In this document: one piece after another, positions 33,660 to 42,368 of the stretch
Position numbering within the stretch: position 1 is the stretch's first letter
How the letters are laid out: every line of letters begins with the position of its first letter
Origin: a virus
Lineage: Duplodnaviria > Caudoviricetes
Strand: one strand, 5' to 3'
Length of the DNA: 46,284 nucleotides
IMG/VR virus record: IMGVR_UViG_3300048851_000207
Span: 1-46,284 of that record
The notes under the pieces: model-generated
Seen by the model: the letters and a program-made list of their open reading frames with translations, nothing else
What the model was told of the DNA's origin: nothing
The model's database searches: none
Translations under genes and position numbers: made by a program

Positions 33660-34742
33660 ATGCCATTTTCCGCTGACGAAATCAATGATATCGGCGTTGG
33701 CGCGCTCGAGAACTACATCGACAAGGGTAAGGTCTGGACACAGAACGTTGCCAACAAGCCGATGCTCGAGGCGTTCGACAAATCCGCTGGCAAGTTCGCA
33801 GGCGGCAAGGAATTCGTTTCCTTCGCGGTCAAGAGCGGCCAGGGCGGGTTGACCCTTCAGGGTTATACGGGCGATCAGCAGGTTGCTTACGGCAACCCGA
33901 CCGGCCTGAAGCGTGCGCGTGCTCCTTGGAAAGAGCACCACATGGGTCTGGTTGTTACCCATACGGAACTGAAGATCGACGGCATCGACATCAACGATGA
34001 TCCGGGCGAAGACACGACCAGCGCCATGAGCGGTCGCGAGGCCAACGCTCTCGTCAATATCTTCGACGAAAAGCTGGACAGCATGGGCGAGGATTACGCG
34101 TTCTCGATGGACCGTCTGATCCATGGTGACGGATCGACCGATCCGCTCGCCTTGGCGGGTATCCTTGCTATTCTGGCCGCCAATCCGACAGCTGGCACGG
34201 CGCTCGGCATCAGCCGCGTGACGAATACCTGGTGGCGCAATGACGCGGCAACCGCGGCTTTTGCTGCGGCTGGCGGTCGTGGTGCGATCACGTCGAATGC
34301 TGCCAATGGCGGTGCGCTGATCGAGGCCATGGATCAGGCCATGCGTCGTCGGTCGAAGTACCGGAACGGCCAGACCCGGATCCGTTACTTTGCGGGCTCC
34401 GACTTCATCGATGCCTACAAGCGCGAGCTTCGTTCGAACGGCAGCTACAGCATGACCGGCTGGCGCGGCGCGAAGCCCGACGGTGCCATGGAAGACCCGA
34501 ACCACGCCGGCTTGCCCCTTGAATGGGATCCGACGTTGGACGATCTCGGCCTGTCCAAGCGTTGCTACGCGATCGACATGGGCCGCACGGGTCTGAAGCT
34601 TCTCTATATGGACGGCCAGCGCATGAAGAAGCACAACCCGGCCCGTCCGTATGACCGTTATGTCATGTATAGCGGCATTACCACCACGGCGGTCATGATC
34701 GCCAAGCAGCTCAACACGTCCGGCGTGTATGATATTGCGTAA
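33660..34742 (+). CDS. Major capsid protein
   Basis: 360 aa after the scaffold, strongly biased codon usage, followed by a hairpin. Confidence 0.85.
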   Translation: MPFSADEINDIGVGALENYIDKGKVWTQNVANKPMLEAFDKSAGKFAGGKEFVSFAVKSGQGGLTLQGYTGDQQVAYGNPTGLKRARAPWKEHHMGLVVTHTELKIDGIDINDDPGEDTTSAMSGREANALVNIFDEKLDSMGEDYAFSMDRLIHGDGSTDPLALAGILAILAANPTAGTALGISRVTNTWWRNDAATAAFAAAGGRGAITSNAANGGALIEAMDQAMRRRSKYRNGQTRIRYFAGSDFIDAYKRELRSNGSYSMTGWRGAKPDGAMEDPNHAGLPLEWDPTLDDLGLSKRCYAIDMGRTGLKLLYMDGQRMKKHNPARPYDRYVMYSGITTTAVMIAKQLNTSGVYDIA

Positions 34743-34756
34743 GGCGTAGGCCGACA

Positions 34757-34781
34757 CGGGGCGCTTCGGCGCCCCGCTTTC
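34757..34781 (+). terminator. Hairpin/terminator after the capsid gene
   Basis: CGGGGCGC-TTCG-GCGCCCCG with a UUCG tetraloop, then CTTT. Confidence 0.65.
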
Positions 34782-34802
34782 CCATCAATTGGAGGCTCTA
34801 TC

Positions 34803-35135
34803 ATGGGCGCTTTAGCACTTAAGAAATTCACTCTCGCCGCGGCTGTTGCCAACGCAGCTACGGTGACGACCGCATATCCGACCGGCTTCGTGCAAGCTGA
34901 TCTTCTCGGCACGACCGGCGGTGTTCTCACCGTCGCCAACGATGTCTGGAAGCAGGGCGCGAGCGGCTTCACCGTCGTTTTCGGCGCGTCCGACATCACG
35001 ATCACCAACACCAGCGGCGTTACGTGGGCGGCCGGTGCTGAAGTCGTCGTGTCCTTCGGGCGTGTCGACATCAACGGCTCTTACAATCTCACCTTCCCGA
35101 AGAAGACCCAGGACAAGGTCAATTCGCTGGCCTGA
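34803..35135 (+). CDS. Putative capsid decoration protein
   Basis: 110-aa Ala/Thr/Val-rich beta protein after the capsid gene; GGAGG RBS. Confidence 0.6.
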   Translation: MGALALKKFTLAAAVANAATVTTAYPTGFVQADLLGTTGGVLTVANDVWKQGASGFTVVFGASDITITNTSGVTWAAGAEVVVSFGRVDINGSYNLTFPKKTQDKVNSLA

Positions 35136-35193
35136 TGAGTGACGCCGGCTTCGGTCGGCGCCGCACGTCGCAGTTCTCAAGAGGAAACAGATC

Positions 35194-35805
35194 ATGGAAA
35201 CCGCAAATATTCTTCTCAATGTCGGGGGCGACGGAACGACCATCGTTCCGAAGGAGAACGTCACGCCCGCTGAAGTCGCGGTTCTCCGCGTTCTGCACGG
35301 CGACGACAGCGTCACCGATATCCAGGTGCTGGAAGGCGAGGCCGTCAACGAGTTTGGCAAGGCGCGTACCCATCGCCAGGAAATTGCCCGTCTGACCGAA
35401 GTCTACGGCAAGAACCAGCCGGAAGGCGGCCGCAGCGCGCCCGCCGTGCAGACGCTGTTCCCTGGCGCCGCTGCTCGCGTCTTCGAAAGCTTCGAAGAAC
35501 TCGAGCTGGACGAAAGCGCATTCAAGCCGACGGAACGCGACAGCGAAAAGCCTTCGACAAAGAAGGCCGCTGCAGCGCAGACGACCGACGAAGGCGGCGA
35601 CGGCTTGGATAAGCAGACCGTCACCGATCTGAAGACGCTTGCTGATACCGAAAATGTCGATCTCGATGGTGCGACGAAGAAGGCCGACATCGTCGCCAAG
35701 ATCCGCGCTTCCCGCGAAACGACCGCTGTTGATCAGGACGGCGAAGGCTACAGCGACGGCATCGAGGACATGAACGATCGCCAGTCCGGCAGCGTCTTCG
35801 AATAA
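35194..35805 (+). CDS. Hypothetical protein with HeH/Rho-N-like domain
   Basis: LDKQTVTDLKTLADTENVDLDGATKKADIVAKI is a helix-extension-helix motif; ends GSVFE. Confidence 0.7.
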   Translation: METANILLNVGGDGTTIVPKENVTPAEVAVLRVLHGDDSVTDIQVLEGEAVNEFGKARTHRQEIARLTEVYGKNQPEGGRSAPAVQTLFPGAAARVFESFEELELDESAFKPTERDSEKPSTKKAAAAQTTDEGGDGLDKQTVTDLKTLADTENVDLDGATKKADIVAKIRASRETTAVDQDGEGYSDGIEDMNDRQSGSVFE

Positions 35806-35817
35806 GGAAAACTGCAC

Positions 35818-36558
35818 ATGGCCCGCGGGACCACTCTAGTCAAGCTGCTGGACGACCTGCGGGCCGAGTGCCGCATTTCTCTCAATCCGGCTCATAACCG
35901 GCAGAACCGTGACGTTCAGGTCAAAGCCCTGCAGCGTAAGCAGGAATGGTTCTGGAACGATTTCGCCTGGCCCCATCTGCGCGTTGATCGCTTTCTGGAT
36001 CTCGCCGCCGGCCAGCGTTATTATGATCTGGGATCGGTTCGGAACGCGCAAGGCGTGTTGACCGGCGATCTTGACATCACCCGAATTACGAAGATCGAGA
36101 GCCGTTGGGCGAGCGTTTACGAGCCTCTGCGTTGGGGCATCGATGCCGACGCATACGGCGCCTACGACAGCGATCTGAATTTGCAAGCATGGCCGGTTCA
36201 GCGTGTCCAGATCACCGAAGACGAACAGCTGGAAGTCTGGCCTGTTCCGAACCAAGACTACGACAGCGTGTCGCTGGACGGGCGCCTGAAGATCACCGGC
36301 ATTCGCCAGTTGAAGCCTTTCGTTGCGGATACGGATCGGGCTGACATAGACGGGCAGCTTCTGGTCCTGCATTGCGCGGCGGAATATCTCGCCTCGACCG
36401 GCGCGAAGGACGCCCAGCTGAAGCTCGATCAGGCAAACGCTCTTTATCTCAAGCTGCGCGGTCAACTCATGCCCCGCCGCGTGCATAAGATGTTTGGCGT
36501 CAATAGCGACGACTGCCGGCGCCGCGGGCGCCCCGTCGCCGTCTATAAGTCCAGTTAA
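35818..36558 (+). CDS. Head-tail adaptor protein (T7 gp11/P22 gp4-like position)
   Basis: About 250 aa with WP.L and EVWPVP motifs typical of podovirus adaptors; synteny. Confidence 0.7.
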   Translation: MARGTTLVKLLDDLRAECRISLNPAHNRQNRDVQVKALQRKQEWFWNDFAWPHLRVDRFLDLAAGQRYYDLGSVRNAQGVLTGDLDITRITKIESRWASVYEPLRWGIDADAYGAYDSDLNLQAWPVQRVQITEDEQLEVWPVPNQDYDSVSLDGRLKITGIRQLKPFVADTDRADIDGQLLVLHCAAEYLASTGAKDAQLKLDQANALYLKLRGQLMPRRVHKMFGVNSDDCRRRGRPVAVYKSS

Positions 36559-36568
36559 GGGGCCGTCG

Positions 36569-38662
36569 ATGGGCACGATCTGGATCCGCGAATTCACGGG
36601 CGGCCTTGATACCCGGCGCATGCCCGAAGCGACATCGGGCGGCGTTTTGGTGCGAGCGCGGAACGGTCATATCACGCGCGGCGGTGAATTTGAGCAGCGC
36701 GCGGCCTTTGTTCCGACCTACGAGCTCCCAGCCGGCACAGTCGGCATGTTCTACAACCTGACAGGGATCGTCGTGTTCGGGCATCTGGCGGCGCCAGCTG
36801 GTTTGCCTTTCGGCGTTTCTTATCAGCGGCTGCAGCATCCGACGCCTTCGATTGCGCTGGTCGCCATCCTGTCGGCTGATCTGAATGCCGGCAAGATCTA
36901 CGCCGTCGGGGAGTTTGCCGACGGTTCTGTCTTCCATTTCTACGATGGCACCCGCGTAACGGACTGGTACGATGGCCGGGCACGTGCCACGTTTGAAGTG
37001 ACGGGCGGTGCGGTTTCTGCGGCGGTTGCGGCGACGGGTTCGTTTGAGATCACGGGCGGAACGTCCGGCGCGGGTAATAACATTACAGCCGTCAACATTG
37101 ATGGCGTGAACATTCTTGGCGCCACCGTTGCCCATACGGGCAGCAATATCTCGACCGCAGCGGCCATCGCGGCTCAGATCAATTCTTTCATATCGACGCC
37201 GAATTACAGCGCCATGTCGAACGGTCAGACGGTCGTCATCTCGGCGTCGGCTCCAGGCATAGCGCCCAACGGAAAGGCCGTCGTTCCGATCGTATCGGGA
37301 ACAGTCACCGTCGGCAGCTCGGCGGCCATGTCGGGCGGCGCAAATGCGACGGCCTCGCGCGTTCTCGATATCAAGGTCAATGGCGTGTCGATCATCAGCG
37401 CTCCGATCACTTGGGCGTCGAGCAACGAAGACACCGCAGCGGCCATCGCAGCGGCGATCAACAGCTACGTTTCCCCGCCAGATTATACAGCCGCTGTCGT
37501 TGGCGCATCAGTCAGCATTGCCGCTACAGCAGCGGGACCGGGCTCGAATGGGTATATCGTCGCGTTCACGCTGGCGGAAGGCTTCGAAGTGACCCCCGCC
37601 GCGCCCGTTATGGCGAATGGGTCCAGCACGACGAACACCTATCAGCCCGGCGAATTCGTCAAGACGATCGGCCAGAAGATGTATTCGACATCAGGGCCGA
37701 ACACACACTTTTCCGGGATTAAGGAGCCGACGAAATGGACAACCGATGTCGTCGGCGCCGGCTTCATCGACATGTCGTCGGAAACGTCCGGGTCGGAAGA
37801 ATTGACGGCCTTGGCGAGATACCAGAACCAGGTCGCGATCTTTGCGGCCCGCGTCGTGCAGATCTGGTATTTCGATCCTGACCCGGAGTTGAACCGCCAG
37901 AGCCAGATCCTCAACAACACGGGCACCGATAGCCCGCGGTCCGTGACGGAATTCGGCGACACTGATCTGTTCTATTTGGACGAAAGCGGCCTACGGTCAC
38001 TGCGCGCTCGCGACAGTTCCAATGCGGCCGCGACGACCGATATCGGCGTTCCGGTCGACGATCTGGTCGTCGCCAAGCTGACAACGCTGACGGAAAACGA
38101 GCGTCGGCAGGTCGTCGGCCTGATCGAGCCTAAGAATGGCCGTTTCTGGCTGATCATGCGCAATACGGCTTTTGTGTTCTCATTCTTCAATGGTGCCAAG
38201 GTCAGCGCCTGGTCGACCTATGATATGACGACGCAGGATGCCGACGGGGAACCCGCACCGTTCAATGTCGACGAAGCGGTCGTGTTTAATCGCCGCGTCC
38301 ATCTTCGATCCGGCAACACGATCTACGTCTACGGCGGCCTTGCCGGCAGCACCTATGACGAGACAGAGGCCGAAGCTTGGCTTCCCTATCTCGATGCTGA
38401 TGACCCAACCCGCATGAAGACTTTCACGGGGCTGGACGTCGCATTGCGCGGCCTTTGGCAAGCGTCAGCCGCAATGGATCCGATCGACGAGACGACCGAA
38501 GACCTGATCGGGATCTTCGACGAAACTACCTACAACCGCGACAAAAACCCTTTCACCCATCAGGCTACCCATGTCTCTCTCCGTTTCAGATCCCAAGGGA
38601 TCGGCCCCCATCGTCTCGGCGCCTGCGTCATTCATTACGAGAGCAGCGCAGATAACGATTGA
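36569..38662 (+). CDS. Tail nozzle / hub protein
   Basis: Starts MGTIWIREFTGGLD (F.GG N-terminal motif); beta-propeller-like repeats; synteny after the adaptor. Confidence 0.75.
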   Translation: MGTIWIREFTGGLDTRRMPEATSGGVLVRARNGHITRGGEFEQRAAFVPTYELPAGTVGMFYNLTGIVVFGHLAAPAGLPFGVSYQRLQHPTPSIALVAILSADLNAGKIYAVGEFADGSVFHFYDGTRVTDWYDGRARATFEVTGGAVSAAVAATGSFEITGGTSGAGNNITAVNIDGVNILGATVAHTGSNISTAAAIAAQINSFISTPNYSAMSNGQTVVISASAPGIAPNGKAVVPIVSGTVTVGSSAAMSGGANATASRVLDIKVNGVSIISAPITWASSNEDTAAAIAAAINSYVSPPDYTAAVVGASVSIAATAAGPGSNGYIVAFTLAEGFEVTPAAPVMANGSSTTNTYQPGEFVKTIGQKMYSTSGPNTHFSGIKEPTKWTTDVVGAGFIDMSSETSGSEELTALARYQNQVAIFAARVVQIWYFDPDPELNRQSQILNNTGTDSPRSVTEFGDTDLFYLDESGLRSLRARDSSNAAATTDIGVPVDDLVVAKLTTLTENERRQVVGLIEPKNGRFWLIMRNTAFVFSFFNGAKVSAWSTYDMTTQDADGEPAPFNVDEAVVFNRRVHLRSGNTIYVYGGLAGSTYDETEAEAWLPYLDADDPTRMKTFTGLDVALRGLWQASAAMDPIDETTEDLIGIFDETTYNRDKNPFTHQATHVSLRFRSQGIGPHRLGACVIHYESSADND

Positions 38663-39128
38663 TCCGGCTACGGTCAACGATATCCGCCACGTCGCGCTGA
38701 ACATGCGCGAGCGCGATTTCGTAGAATTCGCCGCTACGTCGAACGCGACCACGCGGGAAGAAATGGCCGATCTCATGGTTGCGCGCTACGGCGGCCGTGA
38801 CGATGTGATCTGCGGTTTCTGCAATGGGGAACCGACGACCATGGGCGCGGCTGTCGAAGTCTGGCCCGGCGTTATCTCGGTGTTGTTTTTTGCGACCGAC
38901 AACTTCCCCCGCATCAGCATCGGCCTGACATGTTTTCTACAGCGCGAGCTCGTCCCACGGCTGCTGGAAGCCGGCGTTCATCGCATCCAGGCTGTGTCCA
39001 TGCAGGGTCATGACGACGCGCATCGCTGGCTCCAGGTTCTCGGCTTGAAGCAAGAGGCCGTCTTTCCGGGATTCGGGAAGAACGGCGAAGATTTCGTTCA
39101 ATTCGCGATGGTGAAGCCATGTTTGTAA
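38652..39128 (+). CDS. GNAT-fold protein (T7 gp13-like); start uncertain
   Basis: HRIQAVSMQGHDDAHRWLQVLGLKQEAVFPGFGKNGEDF is a GNAT C-terminal pattern; start either ATA 38652 or ATG 38703. Confidence 0.65.
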   Translation: MTIDPATVNDIRHVALNMRERDFVEFAATSNATTREEMADLMVARYGGRDDVICGFCNGEPTTMGAAVEVWPGVISVLFFATDNFPRISIGLTCFLQRELVPRLLEAGVHRIQAVSMQGHDDAHRWLQVLGLKQEAVFPGFGKNGEDFVQFAMVKPCL

Positions 39129-39565
39129 GGCTTGCGATGGATTACGACGTTGATGCGATCACCGAAATGGCGCGAGAAAACGTGGCGTCGACAAACCCGC
39201 ACTGGACGTTCTCGGAAGAACGAACGCGCGCCACCATCAACAAAGGGATCGAGACGACCAGTCCGACGTTTTGGGTCGTAGAGCGCGAGCGTGAAGCGAT
39301 TGCTTTTTTGCAGGCCGACATGTACGAATACGAAGCGGCGGAAGGCATTTTCACGGTTCAGAGAGTGCTTTACGTCACGCCCGCTCATCGGGGCTCTCGG
39401 GCCGCCCTACTGCTGATGAAGCATTTCGTCGATTGGAGCATTCAGCTCGGCGCGAGAGAAATCATCGGCGGAAACGATAACGCTTTCAACTCAGAACGCA
39501 CCGCTAGATTTCTGGAGCATTTCGGCTTCGAAAGAGTGGGCTTCAATATGAGACGGACGTTGTAG
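39119..39565 (+). CDS. GNAT-family acetyltransferase
   Basis: LYVTPAHRGSRAALLLM (motif A) and TARFLEHFGFERVG (motif B). Confidence 0.8.
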   Translation: MFVRLAMDYDVDAITEMARENVASTNPHWTFSEERTRATINKGIETTSPTFWVVEREREAIAFLQADMYEYEAAEGIFTVQRVLYVTPAHRGSRAALLLMKHFVDWSIQLGAREIIGGNDNAFNSERTARFLEHFGFERVGFNMRRTL

Positions 39566-40183
39566 ATGGGCGGCAAGAATAGCGGTGGCGGTGAAGCCAA
39601 GGCGGCACGGCAAGCTGAAGAAAAACGGCAGGCCGAGATCCGCGCCGGTACGACCCGCGTCAATGACATTTTCAAGCAGTTCGATGACGGGTTTTTCGAC
39701 AGCCGGCAAAAAGCGTTCGCAGACTATGCCAACCCGCAGTTGGAAAATCAGTATGGCGACGCGCAAAAGCAGCTGACCTTCGCGTTGGCGCGGAACGGCA
39801 CGCTCGACAGTTCGATCCGCGGCGAGAAGGCGGGCGAACTCCAGAAATCCTACGATCTCAACAAGCAGCAAATCGCCGACCAGGCGCTTGCCAGTTCGAC
39901 AGAGGCGCGAAACGCGACTGAAGACGCTCGCGCAAACCTGATCGCGACTTTGAACGCCACAGGTGATGCAAAGGGCGCCGCAAGCGCGGCTCTTGCCCGA
40001 TCGTCGGCCTTGTCCAAACCCGCCGCCTATAGCCCACTGACAAACCTGTTCGCCGATTTCACGTCGACGCTCGGAACTCAAGCGGCGCTGGAGCGGGCGA
40101 ATTACTATTCCGGCGGTCAGACCGGCGTCCGTTACAATACCGGCTTGTTCGCGCCCAGCAGCGGCGCAGTGAAGGTGAGCTGA
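39566..40183 (+). CDS. Putative internal virion/ejection protein
   Basis: MGGK start, Ala/Gln-rich helical; synteny. Confidence 0.6.
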   Translation: MGGKNSGGGEAKAARQAEEKRQAEIRAGTTRVNDIFKQFDDGFFDSRQKAFADYANPQLENQYGDAQKQLTFALARNGTLDSSIRGEKAGELQKSYDLNKQQIADQALASSTEARNATEDARANLIATLNATGDAKGAASAALARSSALSKPAAYSPLTNLFADFTSTLGTQAALERANYYSGGQTGVRYNTGLFAPSSGAVKVS

Positions 40184-40884
40184 TGTGCGATCCCCTTTCC
40201 ATTGCTGGCGTGGCGCTTACGGCCGGCTCGACCGTCGTCAACACCATGGCGCAGAACAAGGTCGCCAAGGCACGCGATAGCGCGCTGGCCGCCGAACGTA
40301 TTCGGCAAGGCGCGCTCGATCAGGAAGCTGCGGCGATCAACACGCAAAGCCAGGATCGGTATCAGGACTTCGAAGGCAAGCAGGAGCAGGAAGCGACGAA
40401 GCTCGGCGATTACTTCGCCGGCCAGACGACAGAAGAACCGACCGCCGCCGAAGCACTGCCGACCACGACGTCGAACATCACCGTTCAGGAAGAAAACAAG
40501 CAGCGCGCCAAGGCGCGGAACTTCACGAACGAAACCGGCGAAGCGCTCGGCAATCTCCGGTCATTTGGCGATCTGCTTGGCGGCATAGGTCGCGAGCAGG
40601 CACGCGACGCCAGCCTGATAGGCCAGATCGGCGGGTTCAAGGGCGGCTCGTCGAACGTCCTGCCGTTCGAACTCGACGAAGCCAGCCAGAAGGGCAACGG
40701 CCTAAAGCTGTTCGGCGACATTCTCGGCGGCGTCGGCGGTGTGGCAACCAGTGCCGGCCTATCGGGCGGTAGCCTGTTCGGCGGCAGCGCTGGCGTTCCG
40801 AAAGTTGGCACGACGATACCCGTTCCAACGCCGCGCCCCGCAACACCGGGCCTGCGGCTCGGCAGTCTTTATGGAGCACGATAA
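40183..40884 (+). CDS. Internal virion (ejection) protein, T7 gp14-like
   Basis: MCDPLSIAGVALTAGSTVV N-terminus and Gly-rich hydrophobic C-terminal segment. Confidence 0.7.
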   Translation: MCDPLSIAGVALTAGSTVVNTMAQNKVAKARDSALAAERIRQGALDQEAAAINTQSQDRYQDFEGKQEQEATKLGDYFAGQTTEEPTAAEALPTTTSNITVQEENKQRAKARNFTNETGEALGNLRSFGDLLGGIGREQARDASLIGQIGGFKGGSSNVLPFELDEASQKGNGLKLFGDILGGVGGVATSAGLSGGSLFGGSAGVPKVGTTIPVPTPRPATPGLRLGSLYGAR

Positions 40885-42368
40885 TGCCGATCGTCAATAA
40901 CAGGGCCTATAACGATCCCGCGCTAGGCCAGGCTTTCGGCAATCTGGCAGCGGCCTTCGCGCCGCCGAGCGGATCGGATTTGGCAGGATACGCTACGGCG
41001 GGAGCAAAGAAGGCCGAAGCCGCGCGCATCGCCGAACTTTACGCTGCCGCCGGCCAGCCTGATTTCAATCAGACGGTGTTCGATCGTCAGGCAGTGGCGG
41101 CCGGCCTCTATAACCCGACGCAGGGCTATTACGCGCAGGACCAGAACAATTCGACGGCGCGCTACGGTATCGACACGACGGCGACGACAGCCCGCCGGGG
41201 CCAGGATATTGGCGCTTCGACCGCGATCACCAACAACACTGCTGACAACGAACGTGCTATGATGGCGGCTATTCTCGGCGCTGCGACGGACCCTGTCGCG
41301 CAGGGCGCAATCCGCCCCGGTTTCAATCCCGTCGACTATGGCGTCGAGGCGGTTCCGGCCGTGCCGGAATTTGCCGGCCGCGTCGCGCCTTTGTCCGAAA
41401 CCGAACAGAAGGCCGTCGAACGTCAGCGTCTTGCGGGCAGCGGACAGCTGACGGATCAGATGCTACTCGATACGATCGTCGGTTCCGAAACGCCGGTTCA
41501 AGCGGTCGGCGCTTCTGGCGCTCCTGTCTACATGTCGCCCGGCGCTGCCGTGCGTCAAGGCGCCGCGCCTTATACCAAGCCGTCCGGCGCAACCGAAACG
41601 CAAAACTACCGGACCCCGGACGGCAAGACCGGAACCGCGTTCTTCGACCCGACGGCCAATACCTGGAAAGATACGGCGACACAGACGCCCGTTCCGCAGG
41701 GATCGACGACGTTCAGTTCCAGCCTACAGGGCGGCGGGGACGAAACGGGGCTTGCCCCGACGACCGCCAACAAGACGAGCGGCACCAATCTGGAAGCGAC
41801 TTTGAACGCGACGGAGGCCGACGCACGGAACCTTCTGGGGCTCCTTGGCAAAAACCCCGGCATTGCGGGTCTACCAGGCGATATACGCGGCGCGGCACAG
41901 AACGCCGTATCGGTGCTTGGCGAAATGTCGGCCGCTTTCGGAAACATGGCGCCCGATGCGGTTATCACCGCCGAACAGGCACAAGCGGCTCTCAGCCGCT
42001 TGGCGCCGGGCCGTGATCCTGCGATCCAGCAGTACAAGACAGGGCTCGCCAATCTGGCTTATCGCGTCGCACAGATGAACAACCCATCGGGCGAGGTGAG
42101 CCGCCAGGCTTACGAGCGGTCACTTGAAAGCCTGCAGGGCGGCATGTTGGGGAACAACCAATCCGCGACGGAAGCCCTGAATGCGCTTCTTGAGCAGGTT
42201 GGTCGGACCCGCCAGACGCAGCTCGAGACGCTACGCAACCCAGGCCAGCCCGTTCCCGCAGCCCCGGCAGCACCCCGCGCACCGATCGCGCCCGGCACGA
42301 TTGAAGACGGGTTCCGCTTCAAAGGCGGAGATCCGGCTATCGAAACCAATTGGGAGCCTGTGCAGTGA
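40884..42368 (+). CDS. Internal virion / DNA-ejection protein
   Basis: Ala/Gly/Gln-rich 494 aa; translationally coupled in the late operon. Confidence 0.65.
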   Translation: MPIVNNRAYNDPALGQAFGNLAAAFAPPSGSDLAGYATAGAKKAEAARIAELYAAAGQPDFNQTVFDRQAVAAGLYNPTQGYYAQDQNNSTARYGIDTTATTARRGQDIGASTAITNNTADNERAMMAAILGAATDPVAQGAIRPGFNPVDYGVEAVPAVPEFAGRVAPLSETEQKAVERQRLAGSGQLTDQMLLDTIVGSETPVQAVGASGAPVYMSPGAAVRQGAAPYTKPSGATETQNYRTPDGKTGTAFFDPTANTWKDTATQTPVPQGSTTFSSSLQGGGDETGLAPTTANKTSGTNLEATLNATEADARNLLGLLGKNPGIAGLPGDIRGAAQNAVSVLGEMSAAFGNMAPDAVITAEQAQAALSRLAPGRDPAIQQYKTGLANLAYRVAQMNNPSGEVSRQAYERSLESLQGGMLGNNQSATEALNALLEQVGRTRQTQLETLRNPGQPVPAAPAAPRAPIAPGTIEDGFRFKGGDPAIETNWEPVQ

